From a virus (lineage: Duplodnaviria; Caudoviricetes): a DNA stretch of 41,536 nt. Below, piece by piece: positions 1-9,471 of this stretch; the stretch's first letter is position 1, and every line of letters starts with the position of its first letter. The DNA is taken from positions 1 through 41,536 of IMG/VR virus record IMGVR_UViG_3300025738_000008; one strand, given 5' to 3'. The notes beneath the pieces were generated by a model. That model was not told where the DNA came from. It saw only the letters and a list, made by a program, of their open reading frames with translations, and searched no databases. A program made the translations under genes and the position numbers.

Positions 1-2016
1 AAGGATTTTACGAAAAAAGAGATTGCTGATTATTGTGAGTCAGTTTATCGCAATGAATCACTTACAGTTAGACAAGTTACAGACCGTCTAGGCAGTATGA
101 TAAAGCGACATTTAAAGCATCGTGATATTGGTATCGAATCAAGCAGGGTTCGAGTTGGCCAGCACAGTGAAGTTCATTATCGATTTACAAATATCAATGA
201 GAAGCTAAATGATGATGATAGGAAGAAAGCTGAAGTAAAAGAAGCCCACCGTATATCTAATAAACTACGGGAGTGGAAAGACGCTATTATCTCTCTTAAT
301 TTGCCACACCATTTAATCAAAAAAAATCTAGATAAGGCAAATAAAAATCTTGCTGAATATATCCCTGAGTTTTCAGAATCAATGTCGCCAGATATGGACA
401 TTAATGATCTGCGTAATAATTGGAAAGTAATATATAAGAATGAACGACGAGGCCCAAACCGAGCTGCAGTGGTGAAAGCATTGCAGGACATTCGATTCGA
501 GCACCATGCTTATTATTTATTGCAACCTATTTATGTTTGGGTTAGAAAAATAGCTACATCATTGGATAGCGAAAAACGCGATAATAATGTAATGAGCCAA
601 ATAAAAATCAATCCTAACTTCGCATTAGAAACTGCAGAACAATTAATTAAAGATTCAATAGAAAAAAAATTGAACGCAAGTAAGTTCGATTTAGCAATAG
701 GTATAGCAATAGCGACAGGCCGTCGTCGTACTGAGATATTTAAAACAGCTATTTTTGACGCTATTGAAACTACACCTGAAGGTCATGTTGTATTTAGTGG
801 GCAACTAAAAACACATGACAGAGCTTTATTTGATGATTTAAGGCCATATGTAATCCCTTGTTTAATTGATCGTAATTTAGTTATTTCAGGACTAGAATTA
901 CTGAGGGAATTGCAATGTGATGATGTGGTGTCTTACTTAGATAAGCGCGGCAATGAGGTGAAGCATAGCGTGTTAGAAATGCCTCTGAGTGATCAATACC
1001 ACACGAACGCGGTTGGTAAGTTCTACTCTCATGCAGCTAATGATCGGATACGTTCGTTGTTTGGTACACCAGCTATGGAATTTAGACATTCACGCGATAT
1101 GTACAGCGAAATTGGTTATGACAAATATAAAAAAGAAGGTGAAGGACGTTCATCATTTCGCACCCGGGTGTATGGTCACGCAAAAGGTCAAAGCGAAACC
1201 GGGCGTGCTTATGAGAAATTCGAAATAAGCACTGATGTTGAAAAAGCGAGTTTTATTAGAACTAATGAAATCAAAGTAGAATCATCACAAAATAAGCCGG
1301 TTGTTGATGTACTGAAAGAATTAACACCCAAAATAGAGGCTTGGTTACGTAGCCCTAATGCTATTCGTATACATAATTGGCTTGTGACTCAACTAGAGGC
1401 TGGTTTGCCTGTAGAGAATATAACTGCGCATTACATACGCAAACACATAATGCTGCCAGACGTTCAACAACTAAATTTACGAAGCATTCAGACATATCTT
1501 AGTGATAAGTGGGCTAACTGGGAAGAAAATAAATTATTAGCATTAGAACAAGCTGCAGAAGATGAAGGTCTAGACGACATCGATGATGAAATAGATATGA
1601 TCGAAAGTGAAGAAGATCAACCTGCAGAAGATGAAGTACCAGGTAAGGAAGATGCGACTAACGAAGACAAAATACCTGCTAAGAAAAATAATAATAAGCC
1701 TAGATTCAGCGTTCCACATAAAAATGACGATGGAACATGGAAAGTAGAATTCTTTATCGATGATAAAAAATATACTGAAATGGTTGAAGATGCAGAAAAT
1801 ATGCAGGATGCAGGGGCTCAAGCCTGGCAAAAGTGGCAAATAAGGCAAGACCTGCCTAATGTTATGCCCTCCCCTGTAATACTTAAACAGAAGAGCGGCT
1901 GGTGGCTGGCTCAGATAAAATATAAAGGTAATATACTGGCGGAAGCCATGACTAAAAGTAAGCTATCAGCAAGGCAAGCTGTAGAGACTGAATACAGACA
2001 AAACTACAAAAATTAA
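1..2016 (+). CDS. telN: Protelomerase (telomere resolvase); 5' end probably lies just outside the window
   Basis: Catalytic motifs ATGRRRTEI, FSGQLK, FRHSRDMY, VYGH and AYEKF; acidic linker and C-terminal extension. Frame 1 is open from base 1 (KDFTKKEIADYC...) up to the ATG at 97. Confidence 0.9.
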   Translation, partial: KDFTKKEIADYCESVYRNESLTVRQVTDRLGSMIKRHLKHRDIGIESSRVRVGQHSEVHYRFTNINEKLNDDDRKKAEVKEAHRISNKLREWKDAIISLNLPHHLIKKNLDKANKNLAEYIPEFSESMSPDMDINDLRNNWKVIYKNERRGPNRAAVVKALQDIRFEHHAYYLLQPIYVWVRKIATSLDSEKRDNNVMSQIKINPNFALETAEQLIKDSIEKKLNASKFDLAIGIAIATGRRRTEIFKTAIFDAIETTPEGHVVFSGQLKTHDRALFDDLRPYVIPCLIDRNLVISGLELLRELQCDDVVSYLDKRGNEVKHSVLEMPLSDQYHTNAVGKFYSHAANDRIRSLFGTPAMEFRHSRDMYSEIGYDKYKKEGEGRSSFRTRVYGHAKGQSETGRAYEKFEISTDVEKASFIRTNEIKVESSQNKPVVDVLKELTPKIEAWLRSPNAIRIHNWLVTQLEAGLPVENITAHYIRKHIMLPDVQQLNLRSIQTYLSDKWANWEENKLLALEQAAEDEGLDDIDDEIDMIESEEDQPAEDEVPGKEDATNEDKIPAKKNNNKPRFSVPHKNDDGTWKVEFFIDDKKYTEMVEDAENMQDAGAQAWQKWQIRQDLPNVMPSPVILKQKSGWWLAQIKYKGNILAEAMTKSKLSARQAVETEYRQNYKN

Positions 2017-2041
2017 TTAGTTAATCGGACATCATAATTTT

Positions 2042-2068
2042 AAAGCCGCCATTTTGGGCGGCTTTTTT
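2042..2068 (+). terminator. Rho-independent terminator after telN
   Basis: AAAGCCGCC-attttg-GGCGGCTTT plus T-run. Confidence 0.85.
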
Positions 2069-2134
2069 AATTAACTACAAAGGAGTATATTAAGTGTTCG
2101 TGATAATAATACAAAACAACTAAAGGATGTAGAT

Positions 2135-2698
2135 GTGAAAAAAGTAATTATAGGTCTATCAGCAGTTATCGTTTTTTATGCGGTAGTCTCAGGTTCTCAT
2201 AACTTTGATGAACACAAACATAACACACTAGATGATTTTAAAATTCAACCCATTGCAGTTAGGCACGATGTGATTGAAGATTATGTATCTGAAAAAGAAC
2301 TTCCTGACGATGCAGTGGATAGTATGTATGCATGTGTTAGCCAAATGCTTTTCACTAAAGATAAAGATTTACTATTAGATGAGATAGCTAGTTGGTGCCT
2401 CACTAATTACGAAAATAAAAAAATTGAAACATACGTTAATTTTGATAATTTTGAAAAAGGATTTCATCAGTGGGACGGCTCGTTCATAGAGCTTGAACGT
2501 AGAATAAAAGGCGCAATGAATGATAGCGATTCTTACGAACATGTTAAAACGAACTACAGATTGGTGCTAAACAACAATCCCCGAGCGATCGTTACAACGG
2601 AATTTAAAGGTACGAATGATTTCGGGGGAATAGTAAAAAACAAAATATCAGCAAACGTGGACATTAAAACAGGTGAGATAACAGAAATTATACAATAA
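2135..2698 (+). CDS. Membrane-anchored/exported hypothetical protein (moron)
   Basis: GTG start after AAGGA; N-terminal KK plus hydrophobic segment; flanked by terminators. Confidence 0.75.
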   Translation: MKKVIIGLSAVIVFYAVVSGSHNFDEHKHNTLDDFKIQPIAVRHDVIEDYVSEKELPDDAVDSMYACVSQMLFTKDKDLLLDEIASWCLTNYENKKIETYVNFDNFEKGFHQWDGSFIELERRIKGAMNDSDSYEHVKTNYRLVLNNNPRAIVTTEFKGTNDFGGIVKNKISANVDIKTGEITEIIQ

Positions 2699-2700
2699 TA

Positions 2701-2725
2701 AAAGGCCGCCATTTGGCGGCTTTTT
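2701..2725. terminator. Bidirectional terminator between moron and repA
   Basis: AAAGGCCGCCA-tt-TGGCGGCTTTTT between convergent genes. Confidence 0.85.
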
Positions 2726-2743
2726 GTTAATACGCCACATAGA

Positions 2744-5700
2744 TCATATTAAACCCCTGTTCGATGCACAAATAACTTCCATATCCAGTGCTTTCTTAAT
2801 ATGTTGAGCCCACTTCACACGATCATTCTTGAAGCTTTGAACCAGATGATTGTCTACTTCAAACTCAACCAAGTGGTTAATTACTGCGACTTTAGATAAT
2901 TTTAATTCATCAACAGCAATTCTAATCACATCATGTATAACTATTTGCTCACTCTTATTTAAATGACTTATTGAGTTTTGTAAGTGTGCTAAGTGGGAGT
3001 CTGTTCCTCTTCCCTCTGAATGCAATAAAACCGCTTGGTGACTGGCTTTATCACACTCTATCGATGATCCACCCTTGCCAACTGTTTTAAGTAATACAGT
3101 CGCAGGGGGTGGATCACTTTTTTGTGTAGTTTGGTCTTTAAATTTGTGAGCTATTTGTGCGTAGGTTTGTGCTAATAAATCACGCAATTCGAGCTGGCCG
3201 GTTAATGCACATTGTTCATCAAGCTTTTTGTACTGAATGTTAAAGCCAGATTTGAACTCACCTGCGTTTATCACGTCGACAAATTTGTTAACACTACGCT
3301 GTAGCGCTTCTACATCAATAAAGTCATCGGTTTGAACACTTGCTTCAATACCGCGTGTTCGTATTGCTACAAGCGATTGAACGCCTTTCCATGCTGATTT
3401 TTCTACGCTATAGCAGTTGACTGGTTTTCCGTTAACTCGTTTCTTACCTGATATGATAGGTATACCAAATGAACCAAGGTGAGTGTTTAGCCATTGGCAT
3501 GGATTATTAATGGCGCTTGCTGTCACGGTCATACCTGAATATTTAAACAATCGTTCTTGGTTCTTCTTATCTTTTAACCAAGGGCCAAGTTCAGCGTTTA
3601 ACTTCGCAGCAGTCCATTTATGTCCGTTGTAATTGAGTTGTTCGTCGATACCTGCCATACATAACAGTTTGATCATATGTTTGCGGCGAATTGAAATGTG
3701 GCGCCAGCTTACACGGCTACCTGAATGTTGAATGTCTTTTGTATCAAGTGCTTTTGCTGTTTGTTCGTTTACGTTCACCCATGCCAGGCGTTTTATACGA
3801 TTCACGTAGCGATTTTTAGCCTGGCTAAATGTTAGTGCGGATGTTACCGCTTCTTTTAAATCGGTAGGAAATTCGATAACGGCATCAATATTATTGATTG
3901 CTACATTTTCACCTGGTCGCGTGAATTCGTCATAAATTTCTTTTGCCATTGGGAATAGCGTGTCGAGTTCTTCATTTGTTGCATCAGTTAGGTTCAAGTC
4001 GTGAACGACTTTTGATTTTTCAATCTCAACTGGTGAGTAATCTTCACCATTACTCATCATACTGTTGAATGCTTCGCCAATATGCACTGGTGCATTGGTA
4101 ATATTTCGTAACATCTCGCGATTGTTACGTTCGTTTGCATCTGTACGAATGATATTTCCAAACTCTGCAGCCGCTTTATTTTTAGCTATTTGGATAATGT
4201 CATAACCATCTTCTGCAGCTAAATCTAAAAATCGCATTTTATAGTTATTTTTAGAGAGGTTATGTTGTGCTTTGACTTCACAAAATAGCCATTCAAATAG
4301 TGGATTCCGCGATGCGTATTCACCTGTTGTTGCGTCAATAGATAAGATCTTCATTGTCTCTGCAGATACTTCACTGATCAATTTACTATGAATATAATCT
4401 GACTCAATAGGTTCACTACGTTCGGTTGGGTCTAGGTACACATGAAATTCGCTAATGTTACGTGCTCGGTTCAGTCCTTGGTGACCTTCTTCACTTGTAC
4501 CAACGCGGCTTGATAAAAAGCCGATCGTTTTATCAAATTGGTGACAGTCGGAACTAATATCAAACCCGGTACCTAGTGTCGGGCTTGCGATGATCACATC
4601 AAGATTAGGTACTACTGCATTAATATCTTGAAGTGCTGCAGCAACGTCTTTATCTTCATTTACAGATTCGGAATGAACAACTAACGTTTTACCTGCAAAG
4701 TTTTCTCGCTCTCGCTCTTGTTCAAGAGCTGCTGCTATGCGTTTAACTTCTGCCTTCGAGTTTGCATAAATATAGCGTTTACCTTTAGCCATTAGCTGTT
4801 GCATTATTTCTTCGGTTAAGTGTGATCTCGATTCATAAACGAATAACTTTTTGGGATTACCATCTGCATCGATACCTGTTTTATATTTGTTGTCGTAGAT
4901 AGTTCCGCAATTTAAACCGATGCGGTTGCAGAATGATTTTGTTAAATCACCTAAATGAGCATCGGCCATTATTTGATAGTCTGAGTGAGTTAATGCAAAC
5001 GTGATAAATGCAAGGCAGTCCTCACCTTTTTTATTTGTATCCGCGTAATAGTGACCGAGGTTTTGTTCTATTTCATCAATAAAGATAACATCCCAACGCG
5101 AGCCAGCTAATTTATGTAATGAGTCAACAGAGCAAACTAATATATTTGCAGCGCGTAATGCAGCGTTTGCATCAATGTCACGACTCGGGTTTTGAATAGT
5201 TAGATCTTCGTAATAATCGACTGTTATGTTTTCATCGTTAATGCTATTACGTAACGACTTGGCTAATGCGCGACGATGTGACACGATCAGTGTTTTTAAA
5301 TTTGGGTTTTGTCTAATGAATTTCTGAACATTTGTTGATTTACCAGTACCCATACCTGACTTGAGCAAATTCAAACCTTTCTTTATTTCAGCCTGAAGAT
5401 ATCGTGTATTTGACGTTACAGTTTTAAAACCGCGTACATTTAGTAACTGATTTTTTACTGCTGTTGTGCCTTCATTGATATACACATCGCTCCAATCTCG
5501 GCCGTCTGTTTGTGGCAGTGTCCAAAATCCGCCAGCGCGGTTAATCATGGTTAAACCAGTTTTATCGTTATCTGGCGCAGCAACAAATTCAATGTCAGGA
5601 TGTTTTTCTTGAAGTCGTTCGATGATGTGAGGAATGTTACCTTCACCAATAGGTGTGATAATTACTTCACCAGTAGATACATGAGCAGCATAAGCATCAG

Positions 5701-6424
5701 CAAGACCACCAACCACAAAGATACGTTTGCGACCACGGTCGCATTCGGTACCAAATGTGATAAAACCTATATCAGTACGAGCATTAGAGCTTGAGAATTT
5801 GTTTAATAATTTTTTACCAAGTTGAACACGTTTATCGATAATACGTTCGTAACCACAGAAATTTCCGGTATTGAATAGCCCGTCATAGATAGGCCAAGCA
5901 AGAAAGTTGTTGTTATATTTATCTGTGCCTAATCGAATATCTGCAAATTTAGATAGATCAGCCATATGCTTTTCTAACATATAACCGGTTGGTTGGAATT
6001 GTGTTGGCCATCGTGAGAATTCATTAAATTCTTTTTTTAACTCAGACCATTGTGCTTGTTCTGCAACTTCACGTTTTTTGGCTGATTCAGCTCGACGTTT
6101 TTCTGATTGTATTTTGTGTCGTTGTTTTTCTTCAGGTGTTAGTTCTTTACGTTCAGGCTTCCAACCTGCTTGCATTGCTTCAAATATAAATGAACCAAAA
6201 TTGGTTCGTTTTGTTTTTAGGAAGGTTTTCCAGTAACTTTTAAATTCAGCTTTACTGTATGTATCACCTTGAGATGACCATTTTTCAAAAAGATCACGTG
6301 CATCGTCGCCATATTCTGAACATAAAGCTCGGCCTATTTTTGACCATTCTTGATAAGGTAGATCGGGGTTTATAAAGTAAAGGGCATCACTGACCTGATC
6401 GAATGTTAGTTCAATATCACTCAT
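2744..6424 (-). CDS. repA: Multifunctional replication protein RepA (PriCT-2-like, TOPRIM primase, helicase, origin binding)
   Basis: 1226 aa. N-terminal INPDLPYQEWSKIGRAL, TOPRIM-like VVGGLADA...APDND, Walker A GMGTGKS, Walker B IFIDEIEQ. Lies between telN and cI as in N15-like phages. Confidence 0.88.
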   Translation of the reverse strand: MSDIELTFDQVSDALYFINPDLPYQEWSKIGRALCSEYGDDARDLFEKWSSQGDTYSKAEFKSYWKTFLKTKRTNFGSFIFEAMQAGWKPERKELTPEEKQRHKIQSEKRRAESAKKREVAEQAQWSELKKEFNEFSRWPTQFQPTGYMLEKHMADLSKFADIRLGTDKYNNNFLAWPIYDGLFNTGNFCGYERIIDKRVQLGKKLLNKFSSSNARTDIGFITFGTECDRGRKRIFVVGGLADAYAAHVSTGEVIITPIGEGNIPHIIERLQEKHPDIEFVAAPDNDKTGLTMINRAGGFWTLPQTDGRDWSDVYINEGTTAVKNQLLNVRGFKTVTSNTRYLQAEIKKGLNLLKSGMGTGKSTNVQKFIRQNPNLKTLIVSHRRALAKSLRNSINDENITVDYYEDLTIQNPSRDIDANAALRAANILVCSVDSLHKLAGSRWDVIFIDEIEQNLGHYYADTNKKGEDCLAFITFALTHSDYQIMADAHLGDLTKSFCNRIGLNCGTIYDNKYKTGIDADGNPKKLFVYESRSHLTEEIMQQLMAKGKRYIYANSKAEVKRIAAALEQERERENFAGKTLVVHSESVNEDKDVAAALQDINAVVPNLDVIIASPTLGTGFDISSDCHQFDKTIGFLSSRVGTSEEGHQGLNRARNISEFHVYLDPTERSEPIESDYIHSKLISEVSAETMKILSIDATTGEYASRNPLFEWLFCEVKAQHNLSKNNYKMRFLDLAAEDGYDIIQIAKNKAAAEFGNIIRTDANERNNREMLRNITNAPVHIGEAFNSMMSNGEDYSPVEIEKSKVVHDLNLTDATNEELDTLFPMAKEIYDEFTRPGENVAINNIDAVIEFPTDLKEAVTSALTFSQAKNRYVNRIKRLAWVNVNEQTAKALDTKDIQHSGSRVSWRHISIRRKHMIKLLCMAGIDEQLNYNGHKWTAAKLNAELGPWLKDKKNQERLFKYSGMTVTASAINNPCQWLNTHLGSFGIPIISGKKRVNGKPVNCYSVEKSAWKGVQSLVAIRTRGIEASVQTDDFIDVEALQRSVNKFVDVINAGEFKSGFNIQYKKLDEQCALTGQLELRDLLAQTYAQIAHKFKDQTTQKSDPPPATVLLKTVGKGGSSIECDKASHQAVLLHSEGRGTDSHLAHLQNSISHLNKSEQIVIHDVIRIAVDELKLSKVAVINHLVEFEVDNHLVQSFKNDRVKWAQHIKKALDMEVICASNRGLI
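5728..5743. promoter_or_regulatory. Putative parS/sopC-like centromere site 1 (inside repA)
   Basis: TGCGACCACGGTCGCA; compare F/N15 sopC TGGGACCACGGTCCCA; identical copies at 9408 and 18234. Confidence 0.8.
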
Positions 6425-6679
6425 TTATTTTACGCATCCTGCATAACGCACAACGTATAAATTTTGATCTAATGCAAAATTTATGTTGCGCATGAACGAG
6501 CAGACCGCTAAAATAAAATCAAATTGCAGTGTGATTTTTATTTTTAGCTTTCTGCTGACAAATAACAAATTTCGCGTAATAAAGCTGAGAACGCCACATT
6601 CTCGGCTTTTTTTACGCCCGCTTTTTAATGAAATGCCTTTTAAATCAACGTCTTGTGTTTTTTTGTGTTTAAATGGCAT
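6425..6679 (-). CDS. Putative repA leader ORF (84 aa), stop codon abutting the repA ATG
   Basis: GGAAAG upstream of ATG; TAA directly followed by the repA ATG. Confidence 0.4.
   Translation of the reverse strand: MPFKHKKTQDVDLKGISLKSGRKKSRECGVLSFITRNLLFVSRKLKIKITLQFDFILAVCSFMRNINFALDQNLYVVRYAGCVK
6581..6613 (+). terminator. Hairpin with + strand T-tail in the repA leader (candidate antisense RNA terminator or attenuator)
   Basis: AAAGCTGAGAA-cgccaca-TTCTCGGCTTT followed by TTTT. Confidence 0.6.
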
Positions 6680-6730
6680 AATCTTTCCATGTGTTTATAT
6701 CGTTAGTACGCCACATAATAAACGATATTT

Positions 6731-6765
6731 TCACACATGGGAATTAAAATATCCCACCTATGGGT
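6731..6765. promoter_or_regulatory. Putative CI operators at the repA promoter side
   Basis: TCACACATGGGA (6731-6742) and CCACCTATGGGT (6754-6765) resemble the 12-bp quasi-palindromes in the cI-cro gap. Confidence 0.55.
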
Positions 6766-6766
6766 G

Positions 6767-7420
6767 TTATATTTTTTTATCTTCTATTTTTCTGAATACC
6801 ACTCCTTTGACTACGGTTTGTTCGGTTACATCCATAACCGAAAACTGTGTATTCAACGGTTTAAAATACATCTTGCCACAATCTTCAATTAATTGCTTGA
6901 ATGTTGCTTCTTGAGTTGCTTCATTTACAGCAACAACGAAATCCTTTGTATTAGCCACTCTGTTTGGATCTACCAATATTAAACAACCATCAGGAAAAGT
7001 GTTGTTTCCTTCGCAGTTTGTCATTGAATCTCCACTAACTCTTAGTGCAAAGCTGTCTTTAGGTATCTTCCCAGTGACAAACGCTGTTTCTTGATCGTAG
7101 TCAGGTACGAATGGACTATCAGACCAATTACCAGCCTGTACCCAGCTAGCAATAGGTATATGCTTTCCAATGTTGATAGGAATTGATTTGTCATCTTTAT
7201 CGATATCACCATTTAAGCGTTTTTCAAGCTCAGATAACGACCATCCAAAGATTTGGCAATAGCCGTTTACAATATCCCAAGACGCAGCCCATCCTGATTC
7301 AATTCTAGATATAGTAGATGTAGAAACGTCGATACCCCATCCGCTCATTGTGTAGGCGGCATCAGCTTGGCTTAACTTAATTCGCTGCCTTTCGGCTTTT
7401 AGTATTTCGTGTAGTTTCAT
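6767..7420 (-). CDS. cI: CI-like prophage repressor (HTH + S24 autopeptidase)
   Basis: N-terminal HTH (LSQADAA...STSTISRIESG), cleavage site VQAG, catalytic VSGDSM and TFKQL. Start at 7420 preferred; ORF track start is 7447. Confidence 0.92.
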   Translation of the reverse strand: MKLHEILKAERQRIKLSQADAAYTMSGWGIDVSTSTISRIESGWAASWDIVNGYCQIFGWSLSELEKRLNGDIDKDDKSIPINIGKHIPIASWVQAGNWSDSPFVPDYDQETAFVTGKIPKDSFALRVSGDSMTNCEGNNTFPDGCLILVDPNRVANTKDFVVAVNEATQEATFKQLIEDCGKMYFKPLNTQFSVMDVTEQTVVKGVVFRKIEDKKI

Positions 7421-7443
7421 TCTTTTATTATCACCCTTATTAT

Positions 7444-7499
7444 TCACAGATGAAAATCATATATGGGAATTTTCTCTTGTGTGAAAATCCCATATGTGA
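7444..7499. promoter_or_regulatory. cI/cro divergent control region with four operator-like 12-mers
   Basis: TCACAGATGAAA (7444), TCATATATGGGA (7457), TCTCTTGTGTGA (7473), TCCCATATGTGA (7488); consensus about TCMCATATGKGA. Confidence 0.65.
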
Positions 7500-7512
7500 A
7501 ATAATAATATCT

Positions 7513-7752
7513 ATGAAAACACCTTTATATACATGCAGAACCAACGAGAAGCTCACTCAAAGTGCGCTTGCTCGTAAAGTTGATAGCAGCGGTCCTACTA
7601 TTAGTCGTTTAGAACGTGGGGAGACCAGTGAAGTATCTGGCCGAGTCTGCTTTAACATTATTCAACGCTATGAAAAGCAAGGTTTGACTTTGGACCATTT
7701 GATAAACCCACAAGCTCACGCTGATTTTTATAAGCATACACAAGGAGAATAG
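7513..7752 (+). CDS. cro: Cro-like HTH regulator
   Basis: Small XRE HTH (LTQSALARKVDSSGPTISRLERG) divergent from cI. Confidence 0.8.
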   Translation: MKTPLYTCRTNEKLTQSALARKVDSSGPTISRLERGETSEVSGRVCFNIIQRYEKQGLTLDHLINPQAHADFYKHTQGE

Positions 7753-7754
7753 TA

Positions 7755-8366
7755 ATGAAATGTCGAAAGAACGACAGTAGCTTAGCTCAGATTGTCATTG
7801 AACATACAATTACCTATTTTTTGGCATCGAAAGTACGCCGTGACGATTTTGTTAAAACGGAACTGCTTAATAACTTACTTGAATCTGGGGCTTTGGGTAA
7901 TGAACCAGCTAATTTCGAAGAGTTTTTGCGATGGCAAAAAACTAAGTGCAAACAGATTGAACGTATCATTAAGCAAGAATCTCCAATGCCTGCTGACTTT
8001 GTGTTTGGCTGGATAGGCGCGTTACCTGCCGAGTATAAAACGAAGTGCATGAATGACGTTTGCGGCGCAATGGGTACTTTTTACACTCCCTTATCGCCGA
8101 TTAATGCAGAATCAAAACTGACTGATATGCAAGCGTCACTTGCAGATATATCTAGCGAATTTGCAGATGTGTTACAACATTCAGCCCCCGCGATGGACGG
8201 TGTTTACGATGATAAAGACAGCGCTACTGACTTGCAAAGATTATCAAATGAAATCTTCGAATTAATGGCTAGTTGCATTGTAGAGCTTGGTGCGATCAAT
8301 AAAGCATCGGGTGTTGTGCCGAGCGCGTATGTTGCTATGGCCAACAGTCAATTATTTAAAAAATAG
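7755..8366 (+). CDS. Phage regulatory protein (CII/YdaT-like position)
   Basis: GGAG RBS; directly after cro; MPADFVFGWIGALP segment resembles CII/YdaT-like phage regulators. Confidence 0.5.
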   Translation: MKCRKNDSSLAQIVIEHTITYFLASKVRRDDFVKTELLNNLLESGALGNEPANFEEFLRWQKTKCKQIERIIKQESPMPADFVFGWIGALPAEYKTKCMNDVCGAMGTFYTPLSPINAESKLTDMQASLADISSEFADVLQHSAPAMDGVYDDKDSATDLQRLSNEIFELMASCIVELGAINKASGVVPSAYVAMANSQLFKK

Positions 8367-8377
8367 GGAGATTAGCA

Positions 8378-9064
8378 GTGCGATATAACACAGAAGGATT
8401 GCGTGATGAAATTCGAAACGCACTGTTAGTTGTCTCTAGAACGAAGGGCCAGCTTGATGGGTTTGAAGATTGCGGCAGTAGTAATAGTAAGTTTCAAAAA
8501 ACGCGGGCTGGGGCTCAACCAATCCGCACGTTGGCATGTAGAACATTTAAAACATCACCGATGCCATTGCCTCCGCAAGCATTTAAATTTACCAAATTGG
8601 TTCGCGCTGTGAATAACGCACGAAAATGCGTTGCTGACTGGTTGCGCTATTGCTACAGCGATGGTGCGCAGCTGCCTACTAAAGCGGTACTAGTTGAATT
8701 GTTGGCTGAATTCTCAGCACAAGAAGACCGTGTACTGCGTGGTTCATCGGTTGAATTAGTTAAACACTTGGCATTGCTTGCTTGCCAGCAAAAACGCCAT
8801 CAAATAAATATTGGTTCGAACCTGCTCACTCAAGTCAAAATTGCACAGCTTGCGGGTAAAACTGACTCCGCGTGGAATAAACGCTGGTCATGTCGCTGGG
8901 AACGCCTGCTTCGGATCTTAGAAACCTTTGATCAAGAGGGGCTTAACCATGTGTATAAATGCGGACGCGGCCAAAAAACTACCAGAGAACATGGCGACTT
9001 GCTTGTGCAATGTAGCATTCAATCTCGAACCCGAAATGAAATGGCTACCAGTATGGCGCTATAA
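8378..9064 (+). CDS. Q: Late antitermination protein Q
   Basis: RTKGQLDGF and WLRYCY motifs and C-terminal HTH-like region typical of N15-like Q proteins; position in the cro operon. Confidence 0.8.
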   Translation: MRYNTEGLRDEIRNALLVVSRTKGQLDGFEDCGSSNSKFQKTRAGAQPIRTLACRTFKTSPMPLPPQAFKFTKLVRAVNNARKCVADWLRYCYSDGAQLPTKAVLVELLAEFSAQEDRVLRGSSVELVKHLALLACQQKRHQINIGSNLLTQVKIAQLAGKTDSAWNKRWSCRWERLLRILETFDQEGLNHVYKCGRGQKTTREHGDLLVQCSIQSRTRNEMATSMAL

Positions 9065-9245
9065 CAAGGCAAGGCAAGAGCTGTTGCTATCGTGTCCCAA
9101 CTGCAACTTTCGTACTGGCGCGTTTAATAACAAGCCTGCTGTGCAGGCATTTTGGAACGCATGTAATCGACACGGTGATGCGTACTTATTAGAGCTTTGG
9201 CGGCGTGATTATGAACGTCAACGTGAACAAACTAAGACGGCATAA
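8949..9245 (+). CDS. Zinc-ribbon protein, Lar (restriction alleviation)-like
   Basis: CxC ... CPNC ... AVQAFWN pattern; GAGGGG RBS. Confidence 0.45.
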   Translation: MCINADAAKKLPENMATCLCNVAFNLEPEMKWLPVWRYNKARQELLLSCPNCNFRTGAFNNKPAVQAFWNACNRHGDAYLLELWRRDYERQREQTKTA

Positions 9246-9267
9246 ACAATGCCAGGAGATAATTAAT

Positions 9268-9465
9268 ATGCGAGAACATACGCAATTACCGATACAGAAG
9301 TCTGAACAACCGAATGTGTTCGAATCATTTTTTCACGCTGAAACATTCTTGGAAATAAATGGTTACGAGTGTCATGATGGAGTTTGGTTGAACAATGTTC
9401 TTTTGAATGCGACCGTGGTCGCAAAGCCGAATGGCGTTGAAGTTATTTTTGGAAATATCCATTAA
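9268..9465 (+). CDS. Hypothetical protein
   Basis: GGAG RBS before ATG; contains a parS-like palindrome. Confidence 0.6.
   Translation: MREHTQLPIQKSEQPNVFESFFHAETFLEINGYECHDGVWLNNVLLNATVVAKPNGVEVIFGNIH
9408..9423. promoter_or_regulatory. Putative parS/sopC-like centromere site 2
   Basis: TGCGACCGTGGTCGCA, downstream of Q. Confidence 0.8.
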
Positions 9466-9471
9466 TTAGGA

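Noticed and set aside
2731-6717. ACGCCACAT at 2732, 6591 and 6708, flanking repA
   Set aside because: Short; no spacing pattern; cannot be distinguished from chance or called iterons.
6483-6914. 143-aa plus-strand ORF overlapping the cI 3' end and repA leader
   Set aside because: Crosses a terminator-like hairpin and operators, has no RBS, and is antisense to cI.
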